Shown one piece after another: positions 11,401-21,931 of a stretch of DNA of 64,000 bases. The stretch is from Promethearchaeota archaeon (GTDB lineage Archaea; Asgardarchaeota; Lokiarchaeia; Sigyniarchaeales; SOKP01). Each line of letters begins with the position of its first letter. Position 1 is the first letter of the stretch. Below the pieces are notes generated by a model. It saw nothing but the letters and a program-made list of their open reading frames with translations, was not told where the DNA came from and searched no databases. A program made the translations under genes and the position numbers. The stretch spans positions 320,001 through 384,000 of the forward strand of contig JBHLNF010000001.1 in the NCBI GenBank assembly GCA_048937405.1. The letters are read 5' to 3'.

Positions 11401-11493
11401 TAATTCATAAACAATGTAAATTATTTTAAATATTTCTAATCCTTTTAAAAAATAGAATAGAAAAAAATTACTTAATGAATCAAGTGATTTAAT

Positions 11494-12453
11494 ATTCATA
11501 AATTTAAAAAGGACTTACAAGATTCCGGTTCAGCAATAGATATTGCGATAGATAAAGTTGGAATTGTTGAATTAGAAAAAAAAGTTGAAATAGTTCAAGA
11601 AAATAAAAAATACTCCTTTTACCCCAAGATCTCAGCACTTATTGATCTCCCTGCACAACAACGAGGAATCCATATGTCACGGACATCCGAAACTATTGAA
11701 GAGGTTATAAATGAAGTTATTTACAAACCAACACCCACAATCGAATTAGTAGGTGATAGGATTGTTAGGAAATTACTCGAAAGACATCCATACACATCAA
11801 AAGCCGAAGTTAAATTAGAGGGAAAGATTATAGTCCAAGTTAGAGAAAATAATACTAGAAATATCCAAAAATCTTATGATATTAGTTCTTTTGTAAAAGC
11901 TAAAAGAGATGAAAAAGGACAGGTCGAATTTAATTACTTTATAGGAGCAAGTGCGGTAGGGATAACCGTATGTCCGTGTGCTAAAGAAATGTCACAAGAA
12001 TATGCCCAAGAAATTATTAAGACAAGAAAAGATATTAATGTCAATGAAGAAGACCTTAAGAAATTAATTAATATTCTTCCTTTTTCCTCGCATAATCAAA
12101 GATGTATTGGAACAATAATTGTACAAATAAAAGACTTAACTAATCATAAAGTTGATGTATTAGATATTATCGAGGTAATAGAGGATTCTATGAGTGGAAA
12201 AATACAATCTGTGTTAAAAAGACCAGAGGAAGCAGAGTTAGTAAGAAGTGCTCATTTAAAACCATTATTTTCGGAAGATGTAATTAGAGAAATGGCAAAA
12301 AATTTTATATTACGTGATTTTCCTAATATTGAAGATAATTTTGAAATTAAATTTAAAATTGAAAGTTTTGAATCAATTCATCCACATAATGTATATGCTG
12401 AATTGAAAACTACTATTGGTGCATTAAAGGAAAAATTAACTAAAAAGAAATAA
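11494..12453 (+). CDS. mptA: GTP cyclohydrolase MptA/FolE2 family
   Basis: RGIHMSR, TVCPCA, SHNQR, LKRPEE, ESIHPH. The conserved N-terminus (DLQ..IDKVGI) lies in frame upstream of 11674, back to ATT at 11494. Confidence 0.88.
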   Translation: MHKFKKDLQDSGSAIDIAIDKVGIVELEKKVEIVQENKKYSFYPKISALIDLPAQQRGIHMSRTSETIEEVINEVIYKPTPTIELVGDRIVRKLLERHPYTSKAEVKLEGKIIVQVRENNTRNIQKSYDISSFVKAKRDEKGQVEFNYFIGASAVGITVCPCAKEMSQEYAQEIIKTRKDINVNEEDLKKLINILPFSSHNQRCIGTIIVQIKDLTNHKVDVLDIIEVIEDSMSGKIQSVLKRPEEAELVRSAHLKPLFSEDVIREMAKNFILRDFPNIEDNFEIKFKIESFESIHPHNVYAELKTTIGALKEKLTKKK

Positions 12454-12477
12454 CTTTTTGAAACTCAAATTCTAATC

Positions 12478-13617
12478 TTATCTTTTACTTCTTAGAAAAT
12501 GCTTTATAATTATTACATAATTTTTTACACTAATAATTTTAGGATTTCTCCTATAACTTGCAGGAATAGGTGCATTACATCGAGAACAGAGATTAGAACT
12601 TGTAAGCCAATCTTTAAATTCATCTGCGTGTGCGGGATATCTGCATTTAGGGCATAAAATTATCCCTCTACCATTATCTTTAGGAAATTCAGGCAATTTA
12701 AAACAAAAAATGCACTTAAAATCTTCTGACGAAATCCTTGCAGCTTTTGGTTTATATAAGTTAAAGTTTTTTGGTTTACTACTTACACTCTTATAAGTTT
12801 TTTTAGATTTTGAACTTGTAGTTCTTGTATGTATTGTTGGTGACGATCTTGTTGATTGGGATACGGAATTTGAAACACGAGAAACTGTCCTAGTTGATGG
12901 TCTTGAAGATGTTCTATTAATACTACGACTACTTTGTCTCTGAGGAGATGATATAGTATTTAATCTACTTGTCCTCTGTGTTATATAATCCCTGCTCAAA
13001 CGTGGTAATCGAGTGCTACTTCCAACTAATCCATGTATAACAAATATTGAAATTGTACTAATGAGAAGAAATAAAAGATTAAGGTCAATTAAAAAATTGA
13101 TAGGTGGTATTAAAGACTCATAAAAATCGATAAGTGAATAAAAACTAATCCAATATATAATTATAAATAAAATTATTGAAATACATATGAAATACCCAAA
13201 AAGACGTGCTTTCACTGATTTTCGACCAAAATAGATTACATTGTATTTTTTAAAACAACGATATAGAGAAATTGAACCATAAAATACATAAGGCAATCCA
13301 AATAATATACTCCACCAACTTAAATATAAATCTGAACCTTCTAAAAGATTTTCTCCTAATAAACCCGTAAAATTGCTCCAAATAGAATAAAAAATTCCAA
13401 CGAAAACAGGACAAACAACAAAAAAAGCAGTATTATGAGGAGAATTAAATTCTCTATATTGTTTAATACTTTTTAATACCTTATAAGAATAAATCAACCA
13501 GATTCCGATTAAAAACCAGGTTAAAAAAACATTAATGGAATTTAAAATAAGACCATGTATAATACCTATTAATATAAATATCCCCAGAAAAATTGCCACA
13601 GATTTAATTTTAACCAC
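12478..13617 (-). CDS. Multi-pass membrane protein with Ser/Arg-rich linker and C-terminal RING-like zinc finger (putative membrane E3)
   Basis: About 6 hydrophobic segments, then CIFC-x16-CPKC..AHADE..W..CSRC; last gene of the Ub operon. Confidence 0.65.
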   Translation of the reverse strand: MVKIKSVAIFLGIFILIGIIHGLILNSINVFLTWFLIGIWLIYSYKVLKSIKQYREFNSPHNTAFFVVCPVFVGIFYSIWSNFTGLLGENLLEGSDLYLSWWSILFGLPYVFYGSISLYRCFKKYNVIYFGRKSVKARLFGYFICISIILFIIIYWISFYSLIDFYESLIPPINFLIDLNLLFLLISTISIFVIHGLVGSSTRLPRLSRDYITQRTSRLNTISSPQRQSSRSINRTSSRPSTRTVSRVSNSVSQSTRSSPTIHTRTTSSKSKKTYKSVSSKPKNFNLYKPKAARISSEDFKCIFCFKLPEFPKDNGRGIILCPKCRYPAHADEFKDWLTSSNLCSRCNAPIPASYRRNPKIISVKNYVIIIKHFLRSKR

Positions 13618-13645
13618 AGTTTTAGTTCACCAAAATTCTTCTGTT

Positions 13646-14500
13646 TCAATTTTCATCATATTCAAGATAAACTGCTTTACCTTCAATTATTGGATTCATA
13701 AAATCTAGTATTTCAGGCAACATTTTTATGTCCAATGCCCCTTTAATCCCATAAACTAAGGGATACCATGCCCTAGTATTAAGATCGGATCTATAAATTT
13801 CAAAACCAGCTGATGTACCATCAATCAAATATGGATCAACTACTAATGCTACTGATTTATCCCATAGTCTTTGATATCTTGCATGTGTACCTATATCTTC
13901 ATTTGACATAAAACACCCATAAGATGGATGGGAATGATACCAACCGCATATAAATAATTTCTCTTTTCTAATCAGTTCAAATGCTTTTTCAAAACCAGAT
14001 TTGCGGTTTTTTTGAACTATCATTTCTGCATGAATTGCATTTCCATGACCAATAGGATAAGCATCTTCAATATGAAGAATATCTGTTTTCTTGTCTAATT
14101 TACCAGCTAAGAGTCCTATAACTTCTACCCAATTTCTCTTTGGAATATTTTTATTCGCGTATTTAAGTGCATGACTAGCAATTTTAAGAATAGGTTTCAC
14201 AGCAATATAAACCTCGCTATTAATTTCTTCTTCAGCTAATTCCAAAGATCTTCTTTTTTGTACAAATGTTTTGACTTCAATTGGGGGCTCTATTACCTTT
14301 TTATTTTCTTCAATTAATGCCTTTTCATTAATCAGGTTTTTTTGAGATCTAAAATATTCTTCTTTAAGTTCTTTATAAATTTCTTCAAGAACTTCAGCAT
14401 CTAATCTCTTTATAATCTCTTCTTTCCGTTTTTCTTTTAAAAATTTTTTTAATTCTTTTAATGAATCGTCTGGTTCATTTCCCATTAAAGTGTTCACCAC
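13646..14500 (-). CDS. JAB1/MPN+ (Rpn11-like) deubiquitinase
   Basis: EVIGLL...GWYHSHPSYGCFMSNED JAMM motif. Confidence 0.92.
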   Translation of the reverse strand: MVNTLMGNEPDDSLKELKKFLKEKRKEEIIKRLDAEVLEEIYKELKEEYFRSQKNLINEKALIEENKKVIEPPIEVKTFVQKRRSLELAEEEINSEVYIAVKPILKIASHALKYANKNIPKRNWVEVIGLLAGKLDKKTDILHIEDAYPIGHGNAIHAEMIVQKNRKSGFEKAFELIRKEKLFICGWYHSHPSYGCFMSNEDIGTHARYQRLWDKSVALVVDPYLIDGTSAGFEIYRSDLNTRAWYPLVYGIKGALDIKMLPEILDFMNPIIEGKAVYLEYDEN

Positions 14501-15021
14501 TTTTTATTTGCATACTTCTTTACAAGATTTTTTACTTTTTTCTCAAAAAGCTTCTGATTTTTCATCATTTCTATAGCAGCTTTCTTGTTAAAAACATCAG
14601 TTGGATTTACATACTTTCCACGTGTATTTAACATTGCAGTTATAGCCTGAACGACAGTCACAGCTGTTTTTGATGGACTCCACCCACCCTTTTTTCCAAC
14701 TAAAGAGGGATCGACTAGCGCTAAGCAAATATTCCTCTGTCCTTTATATTCATTTGGTTTTGCCCAAAAATTTGGATGCCATATTGGTGTATGTAATCTA
14801 ACAAAAGGTGGTTGTTTAGGATACTGAGCAGGAAACTTCATCTCTAATTTAAAGAGACCGCCTGCATAAGCAGTGCCTTTAGGACCTTTGATAGTCATTG
14901 CTAAATGATCAATACTTTTTCTATTTGGATTAAATGGTTTTAATTGGACGATAGTTCCTTGTTTATATAATTTTTTTAATCCAGCAAAATCTTGTGAAAT
15001 TCGACTACTTCTTATACTCAT
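14494..15021 (-). CDS. Ubiquitin-conjugating enzyme E2
   Basis: GP.GT.Y.GG.F, YP..PP, WHPN, ICL catalytic Cys, WSP. Confidence 0.95.
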   Translation of the reverse strand: MSIRSSRISQDFAGLKKLYKQGTIVQLKPFNPNRKSIDHLAMTIKGPKGTAYAGGLFKLEMKFPAQYPKQPPFVRLHTPIWHPNFWAKPNEYKGQRNICLALVDPSLVGKKGGWSPSKTAVTVVQAITAMLNTRGKYVNPTDVFNKKAAIEMMKNQKLFEKKVKNLVKKYANKKW

Positions 15022-15129
15022 ATTTTATACCTTTACTTTATCTTTTTCTTTATATTAGATATTTAAATTTGTAGTTATATTTTTAATTATTTCATTAAAT
15101 TTTTGATATATCTGTTGTTGAATAAAACT

Positions 15130-16353
15130 TTATTTTAATTTTAATGTTATAAAAATTTCTCCAGCTGTAAATCCTGCGGCAGTTAAAAATTCATAGTTTC
15201 TTAAACCATTTTCTATTGGATTTTGTTCTAAATTGATTATTTTAATATCATTAAAGTCTAATGAGGTTATAACAGGCTCAAGATCAGGATCTAACTTAAA
15301 ACCATGCTTTTCTAAAATTTTAATTATGTTAATACATGGAGAGTTTGCTTTCAATTTTACAACATATCTCCTAACATTTTTTCCACATTGAGAGCATTCT
15401 GGATTTCTTTTCTTTTCTATATGATAAAATCTCATTGTTATAGCATTGAAAATAACATATGATTTGATTGGTTCACCCAAACCTTTATGACCTTTTTTCC
15501 AATGAAGAATCTTTATGACCTCATGTGATTGTAATGCAGAGATGACAGCATTGATGGTGATAATTCCTGGATCATGTCTATCAATAATCTTAACTATATC
15601 ATCTTCAGTATATTCTGGAAGGAATTTATGTTTATTTACTAATTCATTAGCAACTTTTTGAATATACTTTATATCATTAATATTTTTGGGATTAGGATCC
15701 CTTTCAAATTCTTCTTTAAAGGCCATGTCCCCTTTGAAAACACAATGAATTCTTTTTCTTGGTACTCCCACGACTGTACATGCCGCCATCTCGTCGCTTT
15801 CCACTTCTGGGAGTGGGTTGCATTCATAGCATGCATTTTTGTATGGAAAAACAGTATAAATGTGACCATGATACCCTGACACACCTCCATCTACTAATGG
15901 TTTTCTAAATCTGATACATTGAGCATTCAAATTTAACCGAGCGTTCATGGAATCAAGACCTCCTACAACAACATCAGCTGCTAGATATAATGCAGGGTTT
16001 AATCTTTCTAAGGAAGAATGATATCCCTTAATTGTTATATTTGGATTTATTTCCGCTAATTTTTTTGCTGCTACTGCGGCTTTAGGTTCTCCTAACTTAG
16101 CACCTGCAAATAAAATTTGACGATTCAAATTTGAATGTTCTATAATATCTAAATCCACTAAATCTATGTGACCTACACCTAACATAGCAAGGTTCTTTGC
16201 AATTTCACATCCTAATCCTCCTACTCCCACCATTAAAACTCGGGAATTCTTCACTAGTTTTTGTGACCATCCTTCAAGTCTAAATTGTCGGTCATATAAA
16301 TTTCTCTCTTCCAATGTGAGGTCTTTACTAAAAAAATCTGAACTCTTTTTCAA
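15130..16353 (-). CDS. Ubiquitin-activating enzyme E1 (ThiF/UBA3-like)
   Basis: YDRQ, GVGGLG, DIIEHSNLNRQ, CYEC, ACT catalytic Cys, CSQC; start TTG 16353 after GGTGA. Confidence 0.93.
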   Translation of the reverse strand: MKKSSDFFSKDLTLEERNLYDRQFRLEGWSQKLVKNSRVLMVGVGGLGCEIAKNLAMLGVGHIDLVDLDIIEHSNLNRQILFAGAKLGEPKAAVAAKKLAEINPNITIKGYHSSLERLNPALYLAADVVVGGLDSMNARLNLNAQCIRFRKPLVDGGVSGYHGHIYTVFPYKNACYECNPLPEVESDEMAACTVVGVPRKRIHCVFKGDMAFKEEFERDPNPKNINDIKYIQKVANELVNKHKFLPEYTEDDIVKIIDRHDPGIITINAVISALQSHEVIKILHWKKGHKGLGEPIKSYVIFNAITMRFYHIEKKRNPECSQCGKNVRRYVVKLKANSPCINIIKILEKHGFKLDPDLEPVITSLDFNDIKIINLEQNPIENGLRNYEFLTAAGFTAGEIFITLKLK

Positions 16354-16442
16354 TATTATCACCAATAATAATAGTAAAAAAATAAAAAAATTTAGGGGCA
16401 TAAAGCCCTAATACTATAGTTTATGAAAAAAATTATATAAGT

Positions 16443-16781
16443 TTATCCCGCAGTGCTTGCTGGGATTAAAAGAATATCATCGCCATCGCTGACATTATAG
16501 TCTTTTAACGTATTATTTTCATCCATTGTAACTCCACCAGATGATAAGTGAAAGTCATTAGGATCAAGTCCATATAAATTACCTAATGTTTGCTTAATAT
16601 CACTTACATTGTTGCTATCATTGACAGTCAGTTTTTCCTTTTTTTCACCTGGACCGATTGTAGACATGAAATATAAAGTAAGCTTTTTTCCTGAAGCGGC
16701 GGGTGTTTTGCTACTTGCTGGGGTTTTTGATTTTAGAGGTTCTTCTCCTCCTAAATCCTCATCAAATTCATCAAAACTCAT
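16443..16781 (-). CDS. Ubiquitin-like protein with acidic N-terminal tail, C-terminus ASTAG
   Basis: Beta-grasp pattern (VSDIKQ..L..GG..MDE..TLKDYNVSDGDDILL); first gene of the E1-E2-JAB operon. Confidence 0.9.
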   Translation of the reverse strand: MSFDEFDEDLGGEEPLKSKTPASSKTPAASGKKLTLYFMSTIGPGEKKEKLTVNDSNNVSDIKQTLGNLYGLDPNDFHLSSGGVTMDENNTLKDYNVSDGDDILLIPASTAG

Positions 16782-16888
16782 TCATAACACTTCTTTTTCT
16801 GTTATTTTTTATTTTATTTTTATTTTTAACTTAATAAAAACACGTGAAAAAGATATAATAAAACCCTTTGGAATGATTTTGAAGTTTT
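16722..16888. repeat. Direct repeat copy 1 (Ubl codons 1-20 plus upstream region); left boundary of island
   Basis: Aligns with 51567-51729; 35 bp perfect core at 16750-16784. Confidence 0.9.
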
Positions 16889-16966
16889 CAATTTTCAATT
16901 TGCGTATTAAAGTTTTCTAAATTAACTTTCTAACATAACAATCTTTTTTTCAAGATTATTCTCTTT

Positions 16967-17206
16967 CTAACCTAACATTATTGATGGCACGACAAAAGAA
17001 TTCATGCAAAATGGACACATATTATATTGTAATAACCAATCATGAATACATTTAGAATGAGCCTGATTTCCGCAAAAATGACATGTTATAGTCTCTTCTT
17101 CTCTCTCATCTATTATCTCATGACAAATAATGCAAGTTTCATCATATAAAAATTTCATAATGCTTTCTTGAGAATAATAATATTCTTTATCTTGGATTAT
17201 TATCAA
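16967..17206 (-). CDS. Small RING-type (C4HC3-like) zinc-finger protein, putative E3
   Basis: CIIC..CHFC...H..C...W.....CPFC. Confidence 0.85.
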   Translation of the reverse strand: MIIIQDKEYYYSQESIMKFLYDETCIICHEIIDEREEETITCHFCGNQAHSKCIHDWLLQYNMCPFCMNSFVVPSIMLG

Positions 17207-17405
17207 CTTCCAATTTTTTAATTATAATTTTTTTTCATACACTTTTGTAATCATAATGGTATATATCGTATATAAAAACAACGTTCGTACAACATTTCCA
17301 TTAATACACGATTTTGCCTTTATATATAAAGATGATCTGGATTTTTCCTTTATAAATAAAAAGTAAAATACGGTTTAAATGGTCTAAAGTACATTCTATA
17401 AAGAG

Positions 17406-18632
17406 TTAATGTTTGATAGTTAATTCCATTAACTTTTTTACGTTTGTTTTATCTCGTATTGCATTTCTATTGAGAAATAATACTCCCACAACTACCCCTA
17501 TTACAATCATTATTATTAGGGGAGTTATCATTTTTTTCAAAACATCCCTATCTGAAATTGATATTTGCATATTCGGATCTCTATACTTAAATTCTACAAC
17601 AATAGAGTTATTATCTAATATGTCCGTTCCTTGAAACTTAGATAGTAGTGTAAAGTTTTGATTATTTTCTAAAAACGTAACAGGTATTTCTATTGTAGCT
17701 ATTCCATTATCATCAATAAGACAAGTATTTTGATAAATTAATGAATTATTTGCTTTATAATTTAAATATATATTAAAATATTCATTTTTTATTGGTGTGA
17801 AGTTGCCGTAATAAAAAAAAAGACTAATATTGATGTCGGTGTTTGTTTCATATATGTTTTGGCATTCAAGAACCTCAATAATAATCGGAATCCTTCTTAC
17901 ATTCACACTACTTGAGAATTGATAGTCGTTATACACAGTATCGCTTTCTAATTCAAAATCTAATATATTTAATCCTATGTTTAGACTATCTGTGGAATTT
18001 AAAAAAATATCAATTTGACCATTTTCATCTGTTATATATGTGTTTTGAAAAATTAGATTTGAGTCTGAATATACTTTAAATCCAATTTCTTTACTTGTAA
18101 TATATTCCATCGTAATATTTTCATAAACTCTAATTGAATAATTTAGACATTGACCATACATTATATCATTTTCAATATTAATAATTTCGTGAGTTATGTC
18201 TTTTTTATAAATTTTAATTTCAAACAAATCTAGATAGGTGGATACTGTATTTGTAGTATCAAAATGAAAATAAAAAAAGTACATTTTAACATAGAGAATA
18301 TTGGTACTATTATTAAAATCAATATCCAAACTCTGAATATCTAAAGTCCAATTTTTTTCTATAACTCCTACATTATCATATTCCGACGAATTCCACAGTT
18401 TAAAATCAGAACCATTAAATATTTGTATTTGGATAAAAGCTATTTCAATAGCAGGGTTATAGTCCATCAACCACGAAGCATTTATTATGATATTTCCATC
18501 AATGAAATATTTGGTCTTATCGGTTTCAAAATTATACACTTCACAGTAAAACGATTTCCCTAAAATCGAAAATGAACTAAAGCTAATAGAAACCAATAGC
18601 AAAATTAGAGCACTTTTAGCTTTATATTTCAT
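17406..18632 (-). CDS. Surface protein with signal peptide and C-terminal membrane anchor
   Basis: Hydrophobic N-terminus, beta-rich Asn-rich body, C-terminal TM followed by basic tail. Confidence 0.7.
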   Translation of the reverse strand: MKYKAKSALILLLVSISFSSFSILGKSFYCEVYNFETDKTKYFIDGNIIINASWLMDYNPAIEIAFIQIQIFNGSDFKLWNSSEYDNVGVIEKNWTLDIQSLDIDFNNSTNILYVKMYFFYFHFDTTNTVSTYLDLFEIKIYKKDITHEIINIENDIMYGQCLNYSIRVYENITMEYITSKEIGFKVYSDSNLIFQNTYITDENGQIDIFLNSTDSLNIGLNILDFELESDTVYNDYQFSSSVNVRRIPIIIEVLECQNIYETNTDINISLFFYYGNFTPIKNEYFNIYLNYKANNSLIYQNTCLIDDNGIATIEIPVTFLENNQNFTLLSKFQGTDILDNNSIVVEFKYRDPNMQISISDRDVLKKMITPLIIMIVIGVVVGVLFLNRNAIRDKTNVKKLMELTIKH

Positions 18633-18853
18633 ACTTTCTTTTTGACAAAAAAATATAAAAACTCGTTTAAAAGTAGTTTTGAGATTTATTTTTATTCTAT
18701 ATATCCTCTTTTATTGAAAAATTTTGATCTTTATGACACCGTTTTACATGTTTTTTGAAATTCAATAAAATCAGAACTTTGCTTGAGTAAATAATATCTG
18801 TTGCATAAAACAATGACCAATTAAATATATAAAATATCAAAAAATTTCATTTT

Positions 18854-19092
18854 CTAACCTGATATTACTGAAGGTACAACAAAAGAATTCATGCAAAAGG
18901 ACACATATTATATTTTAGTAATTAATCTCGAATACATTTAGAATGAGCCTTATTTCCGCAAAAATGACAAGTTATAATTTCTCCTTCTCTATCATCTATT
19001 ATTTTATGACAGACAATGCAAGTATCATCTAAAAAAAAATTTCTAACACTTTCAAGAGAATAAAAATATTTTTTATTTTCTATCACTATCCA
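18854..19092 (-). pseudogene. Degenerate duplicate of the small RING gene
   Basis: Translates CIVCHK..CHFCGNKAHSKCIRD then TAA in place of Trp; 2-nt deletion in CPFC; similarity to 16967-17320 extends into the upstream region. Confidence 0.85.
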
Positions 19093-19367
19093 CATCCTAT
19101 TCTCTAAATCTAAAATATTTTCTATACACTTTTGTATTAATGAATACAGTTTATCATATTTAGAAATAATGTTCCTTCAATATTTTTGTTAATATAAGAT
19201 TTTAGGTATTTTGAAAATATAGTAATGGGTCTTAAATAATACAAAGATTTTCTTTGTTCAATAATTATGAAATATTGATCCCAGAGTTGGTGGTAATTCT
19301 AATCCTACAGTTATACTTAAAACTTTTAGTTCTAAAGAAACCTTCAAAGTTTATGTGTATAACTATA

Positions 19368-20096
19368 TTATAAGAGAGCAAAGATTTTTTTAACTAGTAC
19401 CTTATTTTTTACAATTAAGATTTTACAATAGATATACACATTTTCATTAATTCCATCAAGAATAATATTTTTAGTTGTATCTTTTTCAATAATTAAGTCT
19501 GGATTTTTTAGCAAATCTTTTTTGAATGGATCTACAGGTGTATTCAATATTTTTATCTTAGCATGATTTGTATTAAATTTTACTATTGGTTCTGCCCATG
19601 AAACTCGGGTTCCTCCATCTTGAGTAGTAACGCTATAATGCTGAAAATCTTCCCTTTTCTGTTCTTTAAATTGTTCATGCTTTCCTTCTCCAGCAATTTT
19701 AGCCAGTTGTTCCAACCATTTATTTCTTCTATGTGTATAGGGTTGGAGAGATAATAGATAATCATAAAGTGACTTATTCTTCTTCTCTAAATCTGACATT
19801 TTATTTTTATTCATTATCCATGAAAAATTACTGTAAGAATCAGCAATTGGGAAATAAATCTTATGTCTTTTTTTGCGATCTATTATTGATAATGAGGGTA
19901 AGTAATAAATATTCCATATTATTCTCATAATTTTATCAAGAATATGTCGATTTTTTTCAATTATCTCATGAGTTATATTTTTTAACTTTTCTGTAATTTT
20001 ATCATCATTGACACATTCAGTATATTCATTAGACAACTCAAGAAGCTTTTCTTCAGATCTTTCTAACATACCATTAATTTCACTAGGAATCTTCAT
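19368..20096 (-). CDS. Hypothetical protein, possibly HEPN-like
   Basis: 242 aa ORF; IYFPI..LQPY..WL..L....KH pattern. Confidence 0.5.
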   Translation of the reverse strand: MKIPSEINGMLERSEEKLLELSNEYTECVNDDKITEKLKNITHEIIEKNRHILDKIMRIIWNIYYLPSLSIIDRKKRHKIYFPIADSYSNFSWIMNKNKMSDLEKKNKSLYDYLLSLQPYTHRRNKWLEQLAKIAGEGKHEQFKEQKREDFQHYSVTTQDGGTRVSWAEPIVKFNTNHAKIKILNTPVDPFKKDLLKNPDLIIEKDTTKNIILDGINENVYIYCKILIVKNKVLVKKIFALL

Positions 20097-20527
20097 TCTT
20101 AATCATCTTTATGCTATTCTTGATTTGATTATTAACTCATTTACTAATAAATTATTCAATATTCAGCCACCTCTTAATTCCCACTTTTAGAGCATGATTT
20201 ACCAATATTTTATCCTTATTATTATATTTATTAGTGGATTCTTTCCCATGTTATAATACTTATAAAATTAAAACTAAATTAAACAATTTTGTCTATATTA
20301 TTAAAAATAAAATTAACTTAATAAATATAGAGAACATCAGATTATTAATTTATACTTAGTTTCATACTAAAAAAGCTTAAAACTATACGTCTTAGAACTT
20401 ATCTTTCCTTTTCTATCTTACTCCTTTTCTTATTAAATGTTTATAAATAATCGTATTCTATTCTTATTCTAAACCACTCCTTATTTTTCTTATTGTCTTC
20501 AATGTTCATTCTACCTCTTTATTTTAC

Positions 20528-21931
20528 CAATGAAAGCAAAATAAAGCCCTTCTCTTTAGGGATGGGATGAATTTTGCTGTGAACATCATTAAATCATTCC
20601 AGTTTATCTTTTAAAATAGGTAAAATAATATACTGCTTATAATGCTTCGTACCAACATATTAGAATTGAACCCTTCCCCACACCAGAGGAAGATTCTTCA
20701 TACAATGTTGGTAAGATCTAGTGCCATCTGGAACCTAGGGAATTATACACGGCGACAAGCATTCTTTAATAAAGATACAAAAAGTCCATCTTATTCTCTT
20801 CAATGTAAGGAACTAAAGGATAATAATCTTTATAAATCGTTAGGATCTGCATATTCCCAGCAAATCTTAAAGAAATTGGACAAATCATGGCAGTCATTTT
20901 GGAATTCTTTAAAATCTGAGAATATTACACATAAGGTATCAATCCCTCACTATTTTAAGAATTATAAAACTAATCAAACCCTCCCTACATTATTGATTTG
21001 TCGAAATGATTGTTACCATATTGATCAGAATTATATTTATATTTCTTGTTCTAAGGATTTAAAGGAAGAATATAGACTTAAAGGACTTCTGAAAATAAGA
21101 TATAAAGGAATAAGAAAATGGAAGGGTGTGCAAAAGGTTATGGAGATTAAATATATTCCCTATCTTAAGAAATTTTATGCGTATCAGACTGAAGAGGTAG
21201 CTTCTACTCCCATAGACTTTAAAGAAGAGAATATTTGTTCTATTGATTTGGGAATTAAGCGATATCTTACCACCTGCATTAAAATCTCTGAAGATCTCTC
21301 TTTTATCTATGAATCAGAGCACATATTTCAACAATATCTCATTCTTTCAAGAAGAATAGCCTATTATCAAGCAAGAGCTAAAAAAGAGAATAACAAATAT
21401 ACTACTCATAGAATTAGAAGATTATATCTTAAAAGAAGACGAAAACTACATAACTATCTTAATAATATTTTGGCACATTTATTTCGGAAATTGAAGCACT
21501 ATCAGGTCTCAAAGATTGTAATCGGAGACTTACAAGGTATTAGAGATTCTCAAATTCCCTCGTATTATAAAAATAAGAAAAAGATCAATGAGATGATTCA
21601 AAACTTCTGGTCAGTTGATCTTTTTAAAAAAAAACTACAAAATAAATGTGAGGAGTTTGGAATTGACCTTGTGGAAATCGATGAAGCCTATACATCTTCT
21701 ACTTGTCCTATGTGTAATGAGAGAGTCAGTCCGAATGATAGAACTTTTAAATGTCCCCGCTGTGGGTATAAGCAAGATAGAGATGTAGTAGGAGGTATTA
21801 ATATTCTTAAGAAATATTATCATGATCATCATATTGATGATGTAAGGATAGAGAACTATCCTTTAGTGTCTACGATTCTCATTGAATCATAGGGACTATG
21901 AATCCATATCCTTTAGGGTATGGTAGTTCAA
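20528..21931 (+). mobile_element. Non-autonomous IS200/IS605-family (IS608-like ends) element
   Basis: TTAC at 20524-20527 before the left end; AAAG + hairpin CCCTTCTCTTTAGGGATGGG; right end GAAT + hairpin CCATATCCTTTAGGGTATGG, ending in TCAA; no tnpA. Confidence 0.88.
20642..21892 (+). CDS. tnpB: RNA-guided endonuclease TnpB
   Basis: SIDLG (RuvC-I), VIGDL (RuvC-II), EAYTSSTCPMC..FKCPRCG..DRDVVG (zinc finger + RuvC-III). Confidence 0.93.
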   Translation: MLRTNILELNPSPHQRKILHTMLVRSSAIWNLGNYTRRQAFFNKDTKSPSYSLQCKELKDNNLYKSLGSAYSQQILKKLDKSWQSFWNSLKSENITHKVSIPHYFKNYKTNQTLPTLLICRNDCYHIDQNYIYISCSKDLKEEYRLKGLLKIRYKGIRKWKGVQKVMEIKYIPYLKKFYAYQTEEVASTPIDFKEENICSIDLGIKRYLTTCIKISEDLSFIYESEHIFQQYLILSRRIAYYQARAKKENNKYTTHRIRRLYLKRRRKLHNYLNNILAHLFRKLKHYQVSKIVIGDLQGIRDSQIPSYYKNKKKINEMIQNFWSVDLFKKKLQNKCEEFGIDLVEIDEAYTSSTCPMCNERVSPNDRTFKCPRCGYKQDRDVVGGINILKKYYHDHHIDDVRIENYPLVSTILIES

